A stretch of 64,000 bases of DNA from an uncultured Coriobacteriales bacterium (GCA_902464015.1 CABQHM010000006.1:8863-72862); one strand, 5' to 3'. Positions 39,579-49,502 are shown, counted from the first letter of the stretch. The notes: generated by a model not told the origin, from the sequence alone. Translations and numbers: made by a program.

Positions 39579-40712
39579 ATGCGTACCGACGATTTTGATT
39601 ACGACCTTCCCCGCGAGCTCATCGCCCAGTATCCGGCCGAGCCCCGCGACTCTTGCCGCCTGCTTGTGCTCGACCGCGAGAAGGGCACGCTGGAAGACCA
39701 TGTGTTCACCGACATCGTGGACTTCCTCGACGAGGGCGACCTGCTCGTCGTCAACCAGACACGCGTGCTGCCTGCACGCCTCATCGGCCACAAGCCGGTG
39801 ACGGGCGGTGCCTGCGAGGTCTTCCTCACCAACCGCCGCGAGGACCTCGATGCGGCGGGAGGCGTGTGGGAGTGCCTCGTGAAGCCTGGCAAGCGCCTCA
39901 AGCCGGGCGCTGTGGTGGAGTTCCGCGAAGGCGGTCTCCTTGCCCCCATGACGGCCCCTGTGATCCTCACCGCGCATGTGGGCGAGATTTTGCCGCAGCG
40001 CGGACTTCGTCTTGTGAGCTTTGAGGCGGCTGAGGGACTCACGCTTGACGAGGCCATGCACAAGGCGGGCCATGTGCCGCTGCCTCCCTACATCACCCAG
40101 TACGAGGGCGATTCTGAAAAGTACCAGACGGTGTACGCCATGCAGGAGGAGCACTCCGCCGCGGCGCCCACCGCGGGTCTGCACTTCACGCCTGCGCTCA
40201 TCGAGAAGTGCCGCGAGAAGGGCGTGGGCTGGGCCACCGTCGAGCTTGAGGTCGGCATCGACACCTTCCGCATCGTGGAGGAGGACGACCCCACCGAGCA
40301 CGAGATGCACACTGAGCGTTACCACGTGCCCCAGTCGGTGATTGACCAGATCCATGCCACCAAGGCTGCCGGCAAGCGCGTCATCGCCGTGGGCACGACG
40401 TCGGTCCGTTCGCTTGAGAGCTCCTGGAGCGCCGAGGAGCCCTATGCCGGTTGCGCCGCGCGCTTCTTCGACATTCCCGAGAAAGGTGACGTCGTTGCGC
40501 GCGAGAACGCCACGACCTCGCTGTTCCTCATGCCGGGAAGCCAGTTCCACGTGGTGGATGCCATGGTCACGAACTTCCATGTGCCTCGTTCGACCCTCAT
40601 GATGCTCGTGAGCGCTTTTGCCGGCCGCGAGCGCATCATGGAGGCCTATGGCCATGCCATTGAGAGCAAGTACCGCATGCTTTCCTTCGGCGATGCCATG
40701 CTCATTATTTAA
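39579..40712 (+). CDS. queA: tRNA preQ1(34) S-adenosylmethionine ribosyltransferase-isomerase
   Basis: DFDYDLPRELIAQYPAEPRDSCRLLVL, PPYI, YQTVYA, AAPTAGLHFT, and VGTTSVRSLE...TNFHVPRSTLMMLVSAF. Confidence 0.94.
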   Translation: MRTDDFDYDLPRELIAQYPAEPRDSCRLLVLDREKGTLEDHVFTDIVDFLDEGDLLVVNQTRVLPARLIGHKPVTGGACEVFLTNRREDLDAAGGVWECLVKPGKRLKPGAVVEFREGGLLAPMTAPVILTAHVGEILPQRGLRLVSFEAAEGLTLDEAMHKAGHVPLPPYITQYEGDSEKYQTVYAMQEEHSAAAPTAGLHFTPALIEKCREKGVGWATVELEVGIDTFRIVEEDDPTEHEMHTERYHVPQSVIDQIHATKAAGKRVIAVGTTSVRSLESSWSAEEPYAGCAARFFDIPEKGDVVARENATTSLFLMPGSQFHVVDAMVTNFHVPRSTLMMLVSAFAGRERIMEAYGHAIESKYRMLSFGDAMLII

Positions 40713-40833
40713 TCCTTGAAAACGCTGTGGCCGTGTTCTGTGGTGCCGGGTGTGCGCGCTGTACACTGCGACCCCACGCGCGGCCACAGGTGTCTTTCGA
40801 CAACTGCTCTCGAGGAACGGGAAGGGTTTTCAC

Positions 40834-41847
40834 ATGATTGCTGTCATCAAACCTGAGACCACTGAACACCAGCTTGAGAATCTGGTGAGCTGGCTCGAGG
40901 GCAAAGGACTCGAAGTCAACATCTCCAAGGGTTCGGAGGCCACCATCGTCGGCCTCATCGGCGACACCTCGCGCGTCGACGTGTCGCTGCTCGAGTCCAT
41001 GGGGATCATTGAGTCGGTCACGCGCGTGACCGAGCCGTTCAAGGCCGCTAACCGCAAGTTCCACCCCATGGACACGAAGGTCGAGATTGCCCCCGGTGTG
41101 GCCATCGGTGCCGGCGAGTTCCAGGTCATGGCCGGTCCGTGCTCGGTTGAGGGGCAGAACCTCTTTGAGATTGCCCGCGCAGTGAAGGCAGCCGGCGCCA
41201 CGGTCCTGCGAGGAGGCGCGTTCAAGCCTCGTACGAGCCCCTATGCCAACCAGGGCATGGGCGAGGCGGGCCTTGACCTGCTCTGCCAGGCGCGCGCGGA
41301 GCTCGGGATGCCCATCGTGACCGAGATCATGGACGTGCGCCAGGTGCCGCTCTTCCTCAAGTACGACATCGACCTGTGGCAGATCGGCGCGCGCAACACC
41401 CAGAATTTCAACCTGCTCAAGGAGGTCGGCCGTGCCGGCAAGCCCGTGCTTCTCAAGCGCGGCCTGGCTGGCACCATTGACGAACTGCTCATGAGCGCCG
41501 AGTACATCATGAGCGAGGGCAACCCCAACGTCATCCTGTGCGAGCGCGGCATCCGCACGTATGAGACGCGCACGCGCAACACGTTCGACCTCAATGCCGT
41601 GCCGGTGCTGCATTACCTGAGTCACCTTCCCGTCGTCGCCGACCCGAGCCATTCCACGGGATACGCGCGCTATGTGGGGCCGATGTCCCTCGCAGCCACG
41701 GCATGCGGTGCCGACGGCCTTGAGATCGAGGTGCACAACAACCCCCAGGTTGCATGGTCTGACGGTGCGCAGGCCCTTTTGCCTGAGCAGTTTGCCTCGC
41801 TTATGCCCAAGGTCCGTGCCATCCGCGACGTCGTCGCGACCGACTAG
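40834..41847 (+). CDS. aroF: 3-deoxy-7-phosphoheptulonate (DAHP) synthase, type I-beta with an N-terminal regulatory (FL/ACT-like) domain
   Basis: An N-terminal ~65-aa domain is followed by VMAGPCSVE, LRGGAFKPRTSPY.FQG, WQIGARN, KRG and DPSHSTG motifs. Confidence 0.9.
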   Translation: MIAVIKPETTEHQLENLVSWLEGKGLEVNISKGSEATIVGLIGDTSRVDVSLLESMGIIESVTRVTEPFKAANRKFHPMDTKVEIAPGVAIGAGEFQVMAGPCSVEGQNLFEIARAVKAAGATVLRGGAFKPRTSPYANQGMGEAGLDLLCQARAELGMPIVTEIMDVRQVPLFLKYDIDLWQIGARNTQNFNLLKEVGRAGKPVLLKRGLAGTIDELLMSAEYIMSEGNPNVILCERGIRTYETRTRNTFDLNAVPVLHYLSHLPVVADPSHSTGYARYVGPMSLAATACGADGLEIEVHNNPQVAWSDGAQALLPEQFASLMPKVRAIRDVVATD

Positions 41848-41862
41848 TCCAAGGAGGCCTGC

Positions 41863-42741
41863 ATGGAAGACACCCAAGAGGTCCATACCGTTGGCATCGT
41901 AGGCCTGGGGCTTATCGGCGGCTCGTTCGCCAAGGCCTATCATGCCGCGGGATGGCGCGTGCTTGCCTTCGACATCGATGCCGACACCATGGCTGTGGCG
42001 AGCATCGACGAGACGATTCAAGGCACGCTGGGGCCCGACAACGTGGGGGCGTGCGACCTCATCCTGCTAGCCCTCTATCCTGCCGGCTGTATTGCCTGGC
42101 TCAAGGAGAACGCCGAGCGCGTGCGCAAGGACTGCCTGGTCATTGACACCGCGGGTGTGAAGCGCGAGGTCTGCGCGGGCTGCATGCCCATTGCCGCCGA
42201 GCACGGCTTCACGTTCGTGGGCGGCCACCCCATGGCGGGCACCCAGTACTCGGGCTACAAGTACACGCGCGAGAATCTCTTCCACAACGCCCCCATGGTC
42301 ATCTGCCCTCCTCGTGTCGACGACATGGCCCTGTTCGAGCGCATCAAGGACCTGCTCGCGCCGGCCGGTTTCGGCAGCATCTGCGTGAGCACCCCCGAGG
42401 AGCATGACAAGCGCATCGCCTTCACCTCTCAGTTGGCGCATGTGGTGAGCAACGCCTTTATCAAAAGCCCCACGGCGCAGGGCCACAAGGGCTTTTCCGC
42501 CGGCAGCTACAAGGACCTCACACGCGTCGCATGGCTCAACGAGAACATGTGGACGGAACTGTTCTTCGACGATGCCGACAACCTGCTTTTTGAGCTTGAC
42601 ACCATCATCGCGAGCCTTGGGGAATACCGCGATGCGCTCGCCGCGCGCGACGCCGACACGATGCGCCGCCTGCATGCCGATGGCCGTCGTGCCAAGGAGA
42701 ACGCCGAGCGCCGTGGCAAAAACGAAAGGAGCGGGCAATGA
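41863..42741 (+). CDS. tyrA: Prephenate dehydrogenase
   Basis: VGIVGLGLIGGSFAKA dinucleotide fold, FVGGHPMAG, and HDKRIAFTSQLAHVVS. Confidence 0.88.
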   Translation: MEDTQEVHTVGIVGLGLIGGSFAKAYHAAGWRVLAFDIDADTMAVASIDETIQGTLGPDNVGACDLILLALYPAGCIAWLKENAERVRKDCLVIDTAGVKREVCAGCMPIAAEHGFTFVGGHPMAGTQYSGYKYTRENLFHNAPMVICPPRVDDMALFERIKDLLAPAGFGSICVSTPEEHDKRIAFTSQLAHVVSNAFIKSPTAQGHKGFSAGSYKDLTRVAWLNENMWTELFFDDADNLLFELDTIIASLGEYRDALAARDADTMRRLHADGRRAKENAERRGKNERSGQ

Positions 42742-45224
42742 CGCTGCAATCTGAGGCATACGGCACGGTGCATGTGAGCGCTTCGGGCAGCTATGACGTG
42801 CTGATAGGCGAGGGGCTGCTCGACAGGCTCGGAAGCCTTGTGCGCGAGGCGCTGCCCTCGGCCGACAAGCAAGTGCTGCTTGTAAGCGACTCCAACGTCG
42901 CCCCGCTCTATGCCGAGCGCGTGAGTGTGTCGCTGGGTGCGGCTGGTTTCGACGTGCACCTTGAGGTGCTGCCGGCAGGGGAGAAGACCAAGTCGCTCGA
43001 GAGCTTCTCGCGCCTTGTGCGCCGTTGCGCCGCGCTGGGGCTCTCTCGCCAGAGCACCGTTGTCGCCCTGGGTGGCGGCGTTGTCGGCGACCTTGCGGGC
43101 TTCACCGCGGCCAGCTATATGCGCGGTTGCAACCTCGTCCAGGTGGCCACCTCGCTGCTTGCCATGGTTGACTCCAGCGTGGGCGGAAAGACCGCCGTTG
43201 ACCTGCCCGAGGGAAAGAACCTCGTCGGCGCGTTCTACCAGCCCGGTCTTGTCGTCTGCGACTTGGGCTGTCTCAAGACCCTGCCGGGCGAGTTTGTAAG
43301 CGACGGCATGGGCGAGGTCGTGAAGTACGGCGTCATGTGCGACCCCGAGCTCTTTGAGTGGCTGAAGAGCCCCCTTGCGGGCCAGGAACGTCGCATTGTG
43401 GAACGCTGCGTGTCCATCAAACGCGACGTGGTGCAGGCCGACGAGCGTGAGGCGGGCCAGCGCAAGCTGCTCAACCTGGGCCATACTGCAGCACATTCCA
43501 TCGAACTGTTGAGTGACTTTACGGTCACGCATGGCCATGCCGTGGCTGCAGGCCTTGCCATCATGGCTCGAGCGTGCGCGGCCAAAGGCCTCTGCACCCC
43601 AGAAGATGCCGTTCAAATTGAAGAGATGCTGGCGGTCCATGGGCTGCCGAGCGGCACAACGCAGCCTGCGTGCGAGATTGCACAGGCGGCATATCGCGAC
43701 AAGAAGCGCACGGGCGACCACATCGACATCGTTGCTGTGTGCGGCATTGGCTCTTGCGAGGTACGTCGCGTGAGCATGGAGGAATTCTCCGAGCTCATGG
43801 AGCTGGGCTGTGCCAAGCGCGACGCGCGCTGTGCCGAGGGAACAACCAAGGCGCAGGTGGTCGGAGGCGGCCATGAGCTTATGGCAACGGTGGGCCCCGG
43901 TGTTCTGGGCGGCCAGGTTGCAGCCATCGCTTCCAAGAGCGCCGCGCACCGCATGCTCATCTGCGCCGCCCTGGCCGATGGGCCGTGCGACATCGTGTGC
44001 TCCACGACGAGCAAGGACATCGAGGCAACGCAAGCCTGCCTTCAGGCTCTCGGGGCTCGAATCGTGCGTCGAGGTGAGGTCCTTCATGTTGACCCCATCC
44101 ATCGCGCCGAGATGGCCGAAGGCGTTCGCGTGCTGGATTGTTGCGAGTCGGGCAGCACTTTGCGTTTCATGCTTCCGGTGGCGTGTGCCCTGGGGGCCCA
44201 TGCGCGCATCGACGGTCAAGGCCGCCTGCCCGAGCGACCCCTGTCGCCCCTTCGCGAGGAGCTTGAGGCGCACGGCGTGCGTATCTCTCCCGTGGGTACG
44301 TGGCCCCTTGAAGTTCAAGGTCAGCTTAAGGGTGGTACTTTCCTCATCGCGGGCAATGTCTCGTCGCAGTTTGTGACTGGTCTGCTGATGGCGTTGCCCC
44401 TGCTTGAGGAAGGGGGTTCTGTGCGCCTGTATGGCACGGTCGAATCCCGTCCATATATCGATATGACCCTCCGTACGCTGGCGGTATTTGGTATCGAGGT
44501 TCAAGAGTCTCACTATGAACTTGATATTGATAGCTGCATGTCGCATATTACCGAGTTTGCTGTTCCTGCAAGCCAAACCTATCACAGTCAATCTCGCCTT
44601 AAGGTTGAGGGTGACTGGTCCAACGCTGCCTTCTGGTTGTGCGCGGGGGCCTTGGGCGGTACGGGCGTGAGCGTCTCAGGGCTCGACTTTGACTCTGCCC
44701 AGGGCGACAAGGTGATTGTCGACATCCTCGAGCGCTTCGGCGCCGAGGTCGAACGCGACAGCTCCGCCGGTGTCGCCACCGTGCGCCCCGGCGCCTGCGC
44801 CTTGCAGGCAATCGAGCTTGATGCGTCAGACGTCCCCGACCTTGTCCCTGTCGTGTCTGTTGTGGCTGCCTGCGCGACGGGCACCACGCGCATCACGGGT
44901 GCCGCGCGCCTGCGCATCAAGGAATCCGATAGGCTTCAGACCACTTCCGAGATGCTCGAGCGCCTTGGCATCGACCTGGAGGAGTTCCCCGACGGCCTTG
45001 TTATCCACGGCCGCGGCGGCTTTGGCTCGCATGCCTTCCACTCCGGGCGCGTGCGGTCGCACAACGACCACCGCCTTGCCATGTCGGCGGCTGTGGCGAG
45101 CGTACAGGCGTCGGGCTCGGTGTGCGTGGAGGCGGCTCAGGCTGTGAACAAATCCTACCCCGGCTTCTTTGCTGACTTTGCCCGCCTGGGTGGCCAGGTC
45201 AGCGTTGAGGGGAGGGAGGATTAG
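42738..45224 (+). CDS. aroA: Bifunctional 3-dehydroquinate synthase (N-terminal ~360 aa) / 3-phosphoshikimate 1-carboxyvinyltransferase (C-terminal ~440 aa)
   Basis: AroB motifs: VALGGGVVGDLAGF, VDSSVGGKTAV, NLGHTAAHSIE. After a ~25-aa linker (nt ~43825-43890) come AroA motifs: ASKSAAHRML, LDCCESGSTLRFMLPV, and KESDRL...HNDHRLAMS. No internal stop. Confidence 0.88.
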   Translation: MTLQSEAYGTVHVSASGSYDVLIGEGLLDRLGSLVREALPSADKQVLLVSDSNVAPLYAERVSVSLGAAGFDVHLEVLPAGEKTKSLESFSRLVRRCAALGLSRQSTVVALGGGVVGDLAGFTAASYMRGCNLVQVATSLLAMVDSSVGGKTAVDLPEGKNLVGAFYQPGLVVCDLGCLKTLPGEFVSDGMGEVVKYGVMCDPELFEWLKSPLAGQERRIVERCVSIKRDVVQADEREAGQRKLLNLGHTAAHSIELLSDFTVTHGHAVAAGLAIMARACAAKGLCTPEDAVQIEEMLAVHGLPSGTTQPACEIAQAAYRDKKRTGDHIDIVAVCGIGSCEVRRVSMEEFSELMELGCAKRDARCAEGTTKAQVVGGGHELMATVGPGVLGGQVAAIASKSAAHRMLICAALADGPCDIVCSTTSKDIEATQACLQALGARIVRRGEVLHVDPIHRAEMAEGVRVLDCCESGSTLRFMLPVACALGAHARIDGQGRLPERPLSPLREELEAHGVRISPVGTWPLEVQGQLKGGTFLIAGNVSSQFVTGLLMALPLLEEGGSVRLYGTVESRPYIDMTLRTLAVFGIEVQESHYELDIDSCMSHITEFAVPASQTYHSQSRLKVEGDWSNAAFWLCAGALGGTGVSVSGLDFDSAQGDKVIVDILERFGAEVERDSSAGVATVRPGACALQAIELDASDVPDLVPVVSVVAACATGTTRITGAARLRIKESDRLQTTSEMLERLGIDLEEFPDGLVIHGRGGFGSHAFHSGRVRSHNDHRLAMSAAVASVQASGSVCVEAAQAVNKSYPGFFADFARLGGQVSVEGRED

Positions 45225-45226
45225 GC

Positions 45227-46384
45227 ATGTCCTCGTCTTTTGGATCAAGCGTTAAGGTGCAGGTTTTTGGCCAGTCGCATTCAGCGGCCATCGGCGTTGT
45301 CGTCGACGGCCTGCCGGCCGGTGAGGCCGTCGACCTCGAAGAGCTTGCGTCTTTCATGGCGCGACGCGCTCCTGGCAAGAACGCCTGGTCGACCCCGCGC
45401 AAGGAGGCCGACGCGCCCTCTGTGCTGAGCGGCCTCAACCCCGAGGGACGCACATGTGGCGCGCCGCTTGCCATGGTCATCGAGAACACCAACACGCGCT
45501 CTTCTGACTATGCCCAAATCGCGCGCAACCCCCGGCCGGGCCATGCCGATCTCACGGCCCAGGCGCGCTGGCACGGGCAGCAGGACGTGGCGGGCGGCGG
45601 CCACTTTTCTGGGCGTCTCACGGCCTGCCTGTGTGCGGCCGGCGGCGTCGCCCTGCAGATTCTCGCTCGTCGAGGCATTCGCGTCGCTGCCCACATTCGC
45701 TCCATCGCCGGCATTCAGGACGTGCCTTTCGATCCCGTCTGCTGCGGTTCCGACCAGTTCGCCACCCTTGTGGGCAAGGTTTTCCCCGTGCTCGACGACG
45801 AGGCGGGGCTTGCCATGCAGGCCGCCATCGGCGGTGCCCGGGCAGCGCGGGACTCGGTGGGCGGCGTTATCGAATGCGCCTGCGTCGGCCTCCCGGCAGG
45901 CGTGGGAGTCCCCATGTTTGACGGCATCGAGAACGTGGTTGCCAAACTGCTCTTTGGCATTCCCGCTGTGAAGGGTGTCGAGTTCGGAGCGGGCTTCGCC
46001 GTCGCTGACATGTACGGCTCTCAGAACAACGATCCCATCGTGCTCGACGAGGCTGGCCATGCCACGTGTCGCACGAACAACGCCGGCGGCATCCTGGGCG
46101 GTATCTCCACGGGCATGCCTGTCATCGTGCGCGCAGCCTTCAAGCCTACGCCCTCTATTGCCGAAGAGCAGTCCACGATTGACATCGTGGATGGTTGCGA
46201 GACCCGCCTGAGCGTTCCCGGCCGTCACGACCCGTGCGTTGTCGTGCGCGCTGTGCCTATCGTCGAGGCGGCTATGGCGTTGGCGGTCATCGACTGCCTT
46301 GCCTCGGACGGTGTCCTTGGGCCCGTGAACGACTCGGCCGTAGACCCCCGGGTCCTCGAGCGGACCCACACTCTTTTCGGTTAG
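45227..46384 (+). CDS. aroC: Chorismate synthase
   Basis: FGQSHSAAIGVVVDGLPAG, RPGHADL, GGGHFSGR, and GGISTGMPVIVRAAFKPTPSI...GRHDPCVV. Confidence 0.93.
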   Translation: MSSSFGSSVKVQVFGQSHSAAIGVVVDGLPAGEAVDLEELASFMARRAPGKNAWSTPRKEADAPSVLSGLNPEGRTCGAPLAMVIENTNTRSSDYAQIARNPRPGHADLTAQARWHGQQDVAGGGHFSGRLTACLCAAGGVALQILARRGIRVAAHIRSIAGIQDVPFDPVCCGSDQFATLVGKVFPVLDDEAGLAMQAAIGGARAARDSVGGVIECACVGLPAGVGVPMFDGIENVVAKLLFGIPAVKGVEFGAGFAVADMYGSQNNDPIVLDEAGHATCRTNNAGGILGGISTGMPVIVRAAFKPTPSIAEEQSTIDIVDGCETRLSVPGRHDPCVVVRAVPIVEAAMALAVIDCLASDGVLGPVNDSAVDPRVLERTHTLFG

Positions 46385-46413
46385 CCGCGCATCTTCTCGC
46401 CGCTTTCGTTTGA

Positions 46414-47592
46414 TTGGATTCAACGTTGCCAACGAATACCATCGACCAGCCTGACATCAACGCCCTACGCCTTGAGATGGACGCCTGCAACAAGCAGATT
46501 CTCGAGGCATTTGAACACCGCATGGACATCGCCTCGCGCATCGGCGACGTCAAGCGCTCGCTGGGCCTGCGCGTCACCGACCCGCGTCGTGAGCGTCAGA
46601 TTCTCTCCGCTATTGCCGACCAGGCCTCACCCGAGTTCAAAAGCTACGCCACGGTGCTGTTCTCCCTGCTCATGGAGGTGTCGAGCGCTTATCAGGAGCA
46701 TCGCATGCGTCCCACGAGTCCGCTGCGCGAGCGTATCGAGCAGGCTCTTGAGACGACGCCTAAGCTTTTCCCGCAGTTTGCGAGCGTGGCATGCCAGGGC
46801 GTCGACGGCGCATACTCCCAGCTTGCCGCCGAGAAGATATTCAAGCGTCCCAATATCACGTTCTATCGCAATTTCGAGGGCGTGTTCCAGGCCGTTGAGT
46901 CGGGCACGTGCGAGTACGGCGTGTTGCCCATCGAGAACTCCTCGGCCGGCACCGTCAACGCCGTGTACGACCTCATGATGGAGCATGACTTCCATATCGT
47001 GAGGACCTACCGTCTCAAGGTCGACCACAACGTGCTGGCCAACGAGGGCGCCACACTTGAGGGCATCACCGAGATCTACAGCCACCAGCAGGCCATCAAC
47101 CAATGCGCCCGTTATCTCGAGGGGATGCCCCACGTCAAGGTGACCCCCGTCACGAACACCGCCGAGGCCGCGCGTATGGTCGCCGAATTGGGCCGCACCG
47201 ACGTGGCGGCGCTTTCGAGCCGTGCCTGTGCCTCGCTCTACGGCTTGTCCGTGCTCGCGCGTCAGGTGAACGACTCGGACAACAACTACACGCGCTTCGC
47301 CTGCATCACGAAGGACCTCCAGGTCTTCCCCGGTGCCGACCGCACTTCGCTCATGATGGTGGCGCCCCACGAGCCCGGCGCGCTCTACAAGGTACTCGCC
47401 CGCTTCTATGCGCTTGACATCAACCTCACGAAGCTGCAGAGCCGACCCATCCTGGGGCAGGACTTCGAGTTCATGTTCTATTTCGACCTGGATGCCTCGG
47501 TGTATTCCCCCGAGTTCGCAAGCCTCGTGTGCGAGCTTGAGGATTTCTGCGACGACTTCAAGTATCTCGGCACCTATTCGGAGCTGGTGTAA
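46414..47592 (+). CDS. pheA: Bifunctional chorismate mutase / prephenate dehydratase (P-protein)
   Basis: N-terminal CM domain (LRLEMDACNKQILEAFEHRMD...). PDT domain (VACQGVDGAYS, PIENSSAGTV, NYTRF). C-terminal ACT domain (ESRP-like LQSRP). Apparent TTG start at 46414. Confidence 0.88.
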   Translation: MDSTLPTNTIDQPDINALRLEMDACNKQILEAFEHRMDIASRIGDVKRSLGLRVTDPRRERQILSAIADQASPEFKSYATVLFSLLMEVSSAYQEHRMRPTSPLRERIEQALETTPKLFPQFASVACQGVDGAYSQLAAEKIFKRPNITFYRNFEGVFQAVESGTCEYGVLPIENSSAGTVNAVYDLMMEHDFHIVRTYRLKVDHNVLANEGATLEGITEIYSHQQAINQCARYLEGMPHVKVTPVTNTAEAARMVAELGRTDVAALSSRACASLYGLSVLARQVNDSDNNYTRFACITKDLQVFPGADRTSLMMVAPHEPGALYKVLARFYALDINLTKLQSRPILGQDFEFMFYFDLDASVYSPEFASLVCELEDFCDDFKYLGTYSELV

Positions 47593-47594
47593 CG

Positions 47595-48971
47595 ATGACC
47601 GCACCCGATACGGCCCCTACAGGCGCCGCCTCAACCGAACCGCTTTTTCGCCGCGTGCTTGCGGGTTCTGCGGACCTCACGTTCGGCCTGGTGGGGGAGC
47701 GGCTCGGTCACAGCCACTCCCCGCGTATCCACGAGCTTTTGGGGTCCGTGCCCTATGAGCGCGTGGAGGTGCCGCGCGACGAGGTGGGGGCGTTTTTCGC
47801 CGCGCGTCGCTACCGCGGTCTCAACGTGACGATTCCTTACAAGTGCGACGCCGCCCGTGCGGCAGACGTGCGTTCCAAGGCCGTCGAGAGGCTCGGCAAC
47901 GCAAACACCCTCGTCGTGCGCGAAGACGGCACGCTGTTTGCCGACAACACCGACTACCACGGCTTTTCTCGCCAGCTCGATCTCATCCACGCCAACGTTG
48001 CCGGGCAGGCCTGCCTTGTCCTGGGCGACGGCGGGGCGGCCGCGACGGTTCGCGCCGTGCTCGCCGACCGGGGCGCCTCCCTTGTGGTGAGTGCCTCCCG
48101 CAAAGGCGAGCTCACGTTTGCGGCCCTCGCCGGAGACGCCGCTGCTGCCAGTCCCTCTCAGATCGCCCGGGCCGACGCCTTGCGCGCCGAGGTTGTCCTC
48201 ATCGTCAACGCGACCCCGGTCGGCATGTATCCCCATGCCGACGACGACATGCTCGTCGACCTCGACCGTTTTCCGGCGCTGCGCTATGTGTGCGACCTTG
48301 TCTACAACCCGTTGAGGACCCGCCTCATCCAGGAGGGCCGCGCCCGCGGCCTAGCATGCGCGGGTGGCCTTTCCATGCTTGTGGCCCAGGCCAAGCGTTC
48401 GAGCGACCTCTTCTTGGGTGTCGATCGCCCCGATGACATCGAGGAGGGCGTCCTTGCGCAGATGCGCGCCGAGCTGGGCGTCGTGAGCCTTATTGGCATG
48501 CCGGGCTCGGGCAAGACGCGCACGGGCATGCTTTTGGCCGAGATGCTCGGCTTTGAGTTTGTCGACACCGACGAAATGGTGCAGGTAGAGGCCGGTAAGC
48601 CCATCCCGCAGATCTTCGATGAGCTGGGAGAGGAGGGCTTCCGCGCCATTGAGACGCGCTGCGTCGCGCAGGCAACGTCTCGTTCGGGCCGCGTGGTCGC
48701 CACGGGCGGCGGTGTCGTCACACGTCCTGAGAACAGGTTCTTCCTCAAGCAAAACGGCCCGGTGGTGCTTCTTACGCGCGGTCTTGTCGACGACCCGTCC
48801 GATGACCTCGCCGTGGAGGGGCGCCCGCTCAGCCAGGCCAAGGGCCTCGAGCGCCTGCGCGCCGAGCGAGCCGACCTGTACCATGCGTGGGCCGACATCG
48901 AGGTCGCTCCCTCCGGCGGCTCTCCGCTTGGCACCGCGCGTCGCATCTGCAGGCTTGTGAAGCGCATCTAG
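47595..48971 (+). CDS. aroE: Bifunctional shikimate dehydrogenase (N-terminal) / shikimate kinase (C-terminal ~165 aa)
   Basis: AroE motifs: GERLGHSHSPRIHE, GLNVTIPYK, NTDYHGF, NATPVGM. AroK motifs from nt ~48475: LIGMPGSGKTRTGMLLAEMLGFEFVDTD, ATGGGVV. Confidence 0.85.
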   Translation: MTAPDTAPTGAASTEPLFRRVLAGSADLTFGLVGERLGHSHSPRIHELLGSVPYERVEVPRDEVGAFFAARRYRGLNVTIPYKCDAARAADVRSKAVERLGNANTLVVREDGTLFADNTDYHGFSRQLDLIHANVAGQACLVLGDGGAAATVRAVLADRGASLVVSASRKGELTFAALAGDAAAASPSQIARADALRAEVVLIVNATPVGMYPHADDDMLVDLDRFPALRYVCDLVYNPLRTRLIQEGRARGLACAGGLSMLVAQAKRSSDLFLGVDRPDDIEEGVLAQMRAELGVVSLIGMPGSGKTRTGMLLAEMLGFEFVDTDEMVQVEAGKPIPQIFDELGEEGFRAIETRCVAQATSRSGRVVATGGGVVTRPENRFFLKQNGPVVLLTRGLVDDPSDDLAVEGRPLSQAKGLERLRAERADLYHAWADIEVAPSGGSPLGTARRICRLVKRI

Positions 48972-48993
48972 CGCCATATACCAGGAGTTTCTC

Positions 48994-49443
48994 ATGAAAG
49001 CACTCGTTATCGACGGTCCCAACATCAACATGCTCGGCATTCGCGAGCCTGCAATCTACGGCAGCCAGAACTACGCCGCCCTGTGCGTCCTCATCGAGTC
49101 TGCCGGCCGTGAGCTGGGGTTTGAGGCATGCGACCACTTCCAGTCCAATCACGAGGGCGCCATCGTCGACGCCATCCAGCAGGCCTTGGGCGTCTACGAC
49201 GGCATCGTCATGAACCCTGCGGCCTACACGCACACGAGCGTCGCCATCCTTGACGCGCTCAAGGCCGTGAGCCTTCCGTGCGTGGAGGTCCACATCTCCG
49301 ACGTGGCCTCGCGCGAGGACTTCCGCCAGGTCTCCTTCGTGCGCCAGGCCTGTTTTGCCACGGTGGCCGGCGAGGGCATCGAAGGCTACCGCCATGCCTT
49401 GTCCCTGCTTGCCGACAAGCTGCGCGCCGACACGGCCGAATAG
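48994..49443 (+). CDS. aroQ: Type II 3-dehydroquinate dehydratase
   Basis: VIDGPNINMLGIREP.IYG, FQSNHEGAIVD, NPAAYTHTSVAILDAL, and VEVHISDV. Confidence 0.93.
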   Translation: MKALVIDGPNINMLGIREPAIYGSQNYAALCVLIESAGRELGFEACDHFQSNHEGAIVDAIQQALGVYDGIVMNPAAYTHTSVAILDALKAVSLPCVEVHISDVASREDFRQVSFVRQACFATVAGEGIEGYRHALSLLADKLRADTAE

Positions 49444-49502
49444 GCCCGTCCCCGGGAAGGCCGGCGGCCCTTTTCTCGCCTTTGTTCGTTGTTGGTATCG
49501 TG

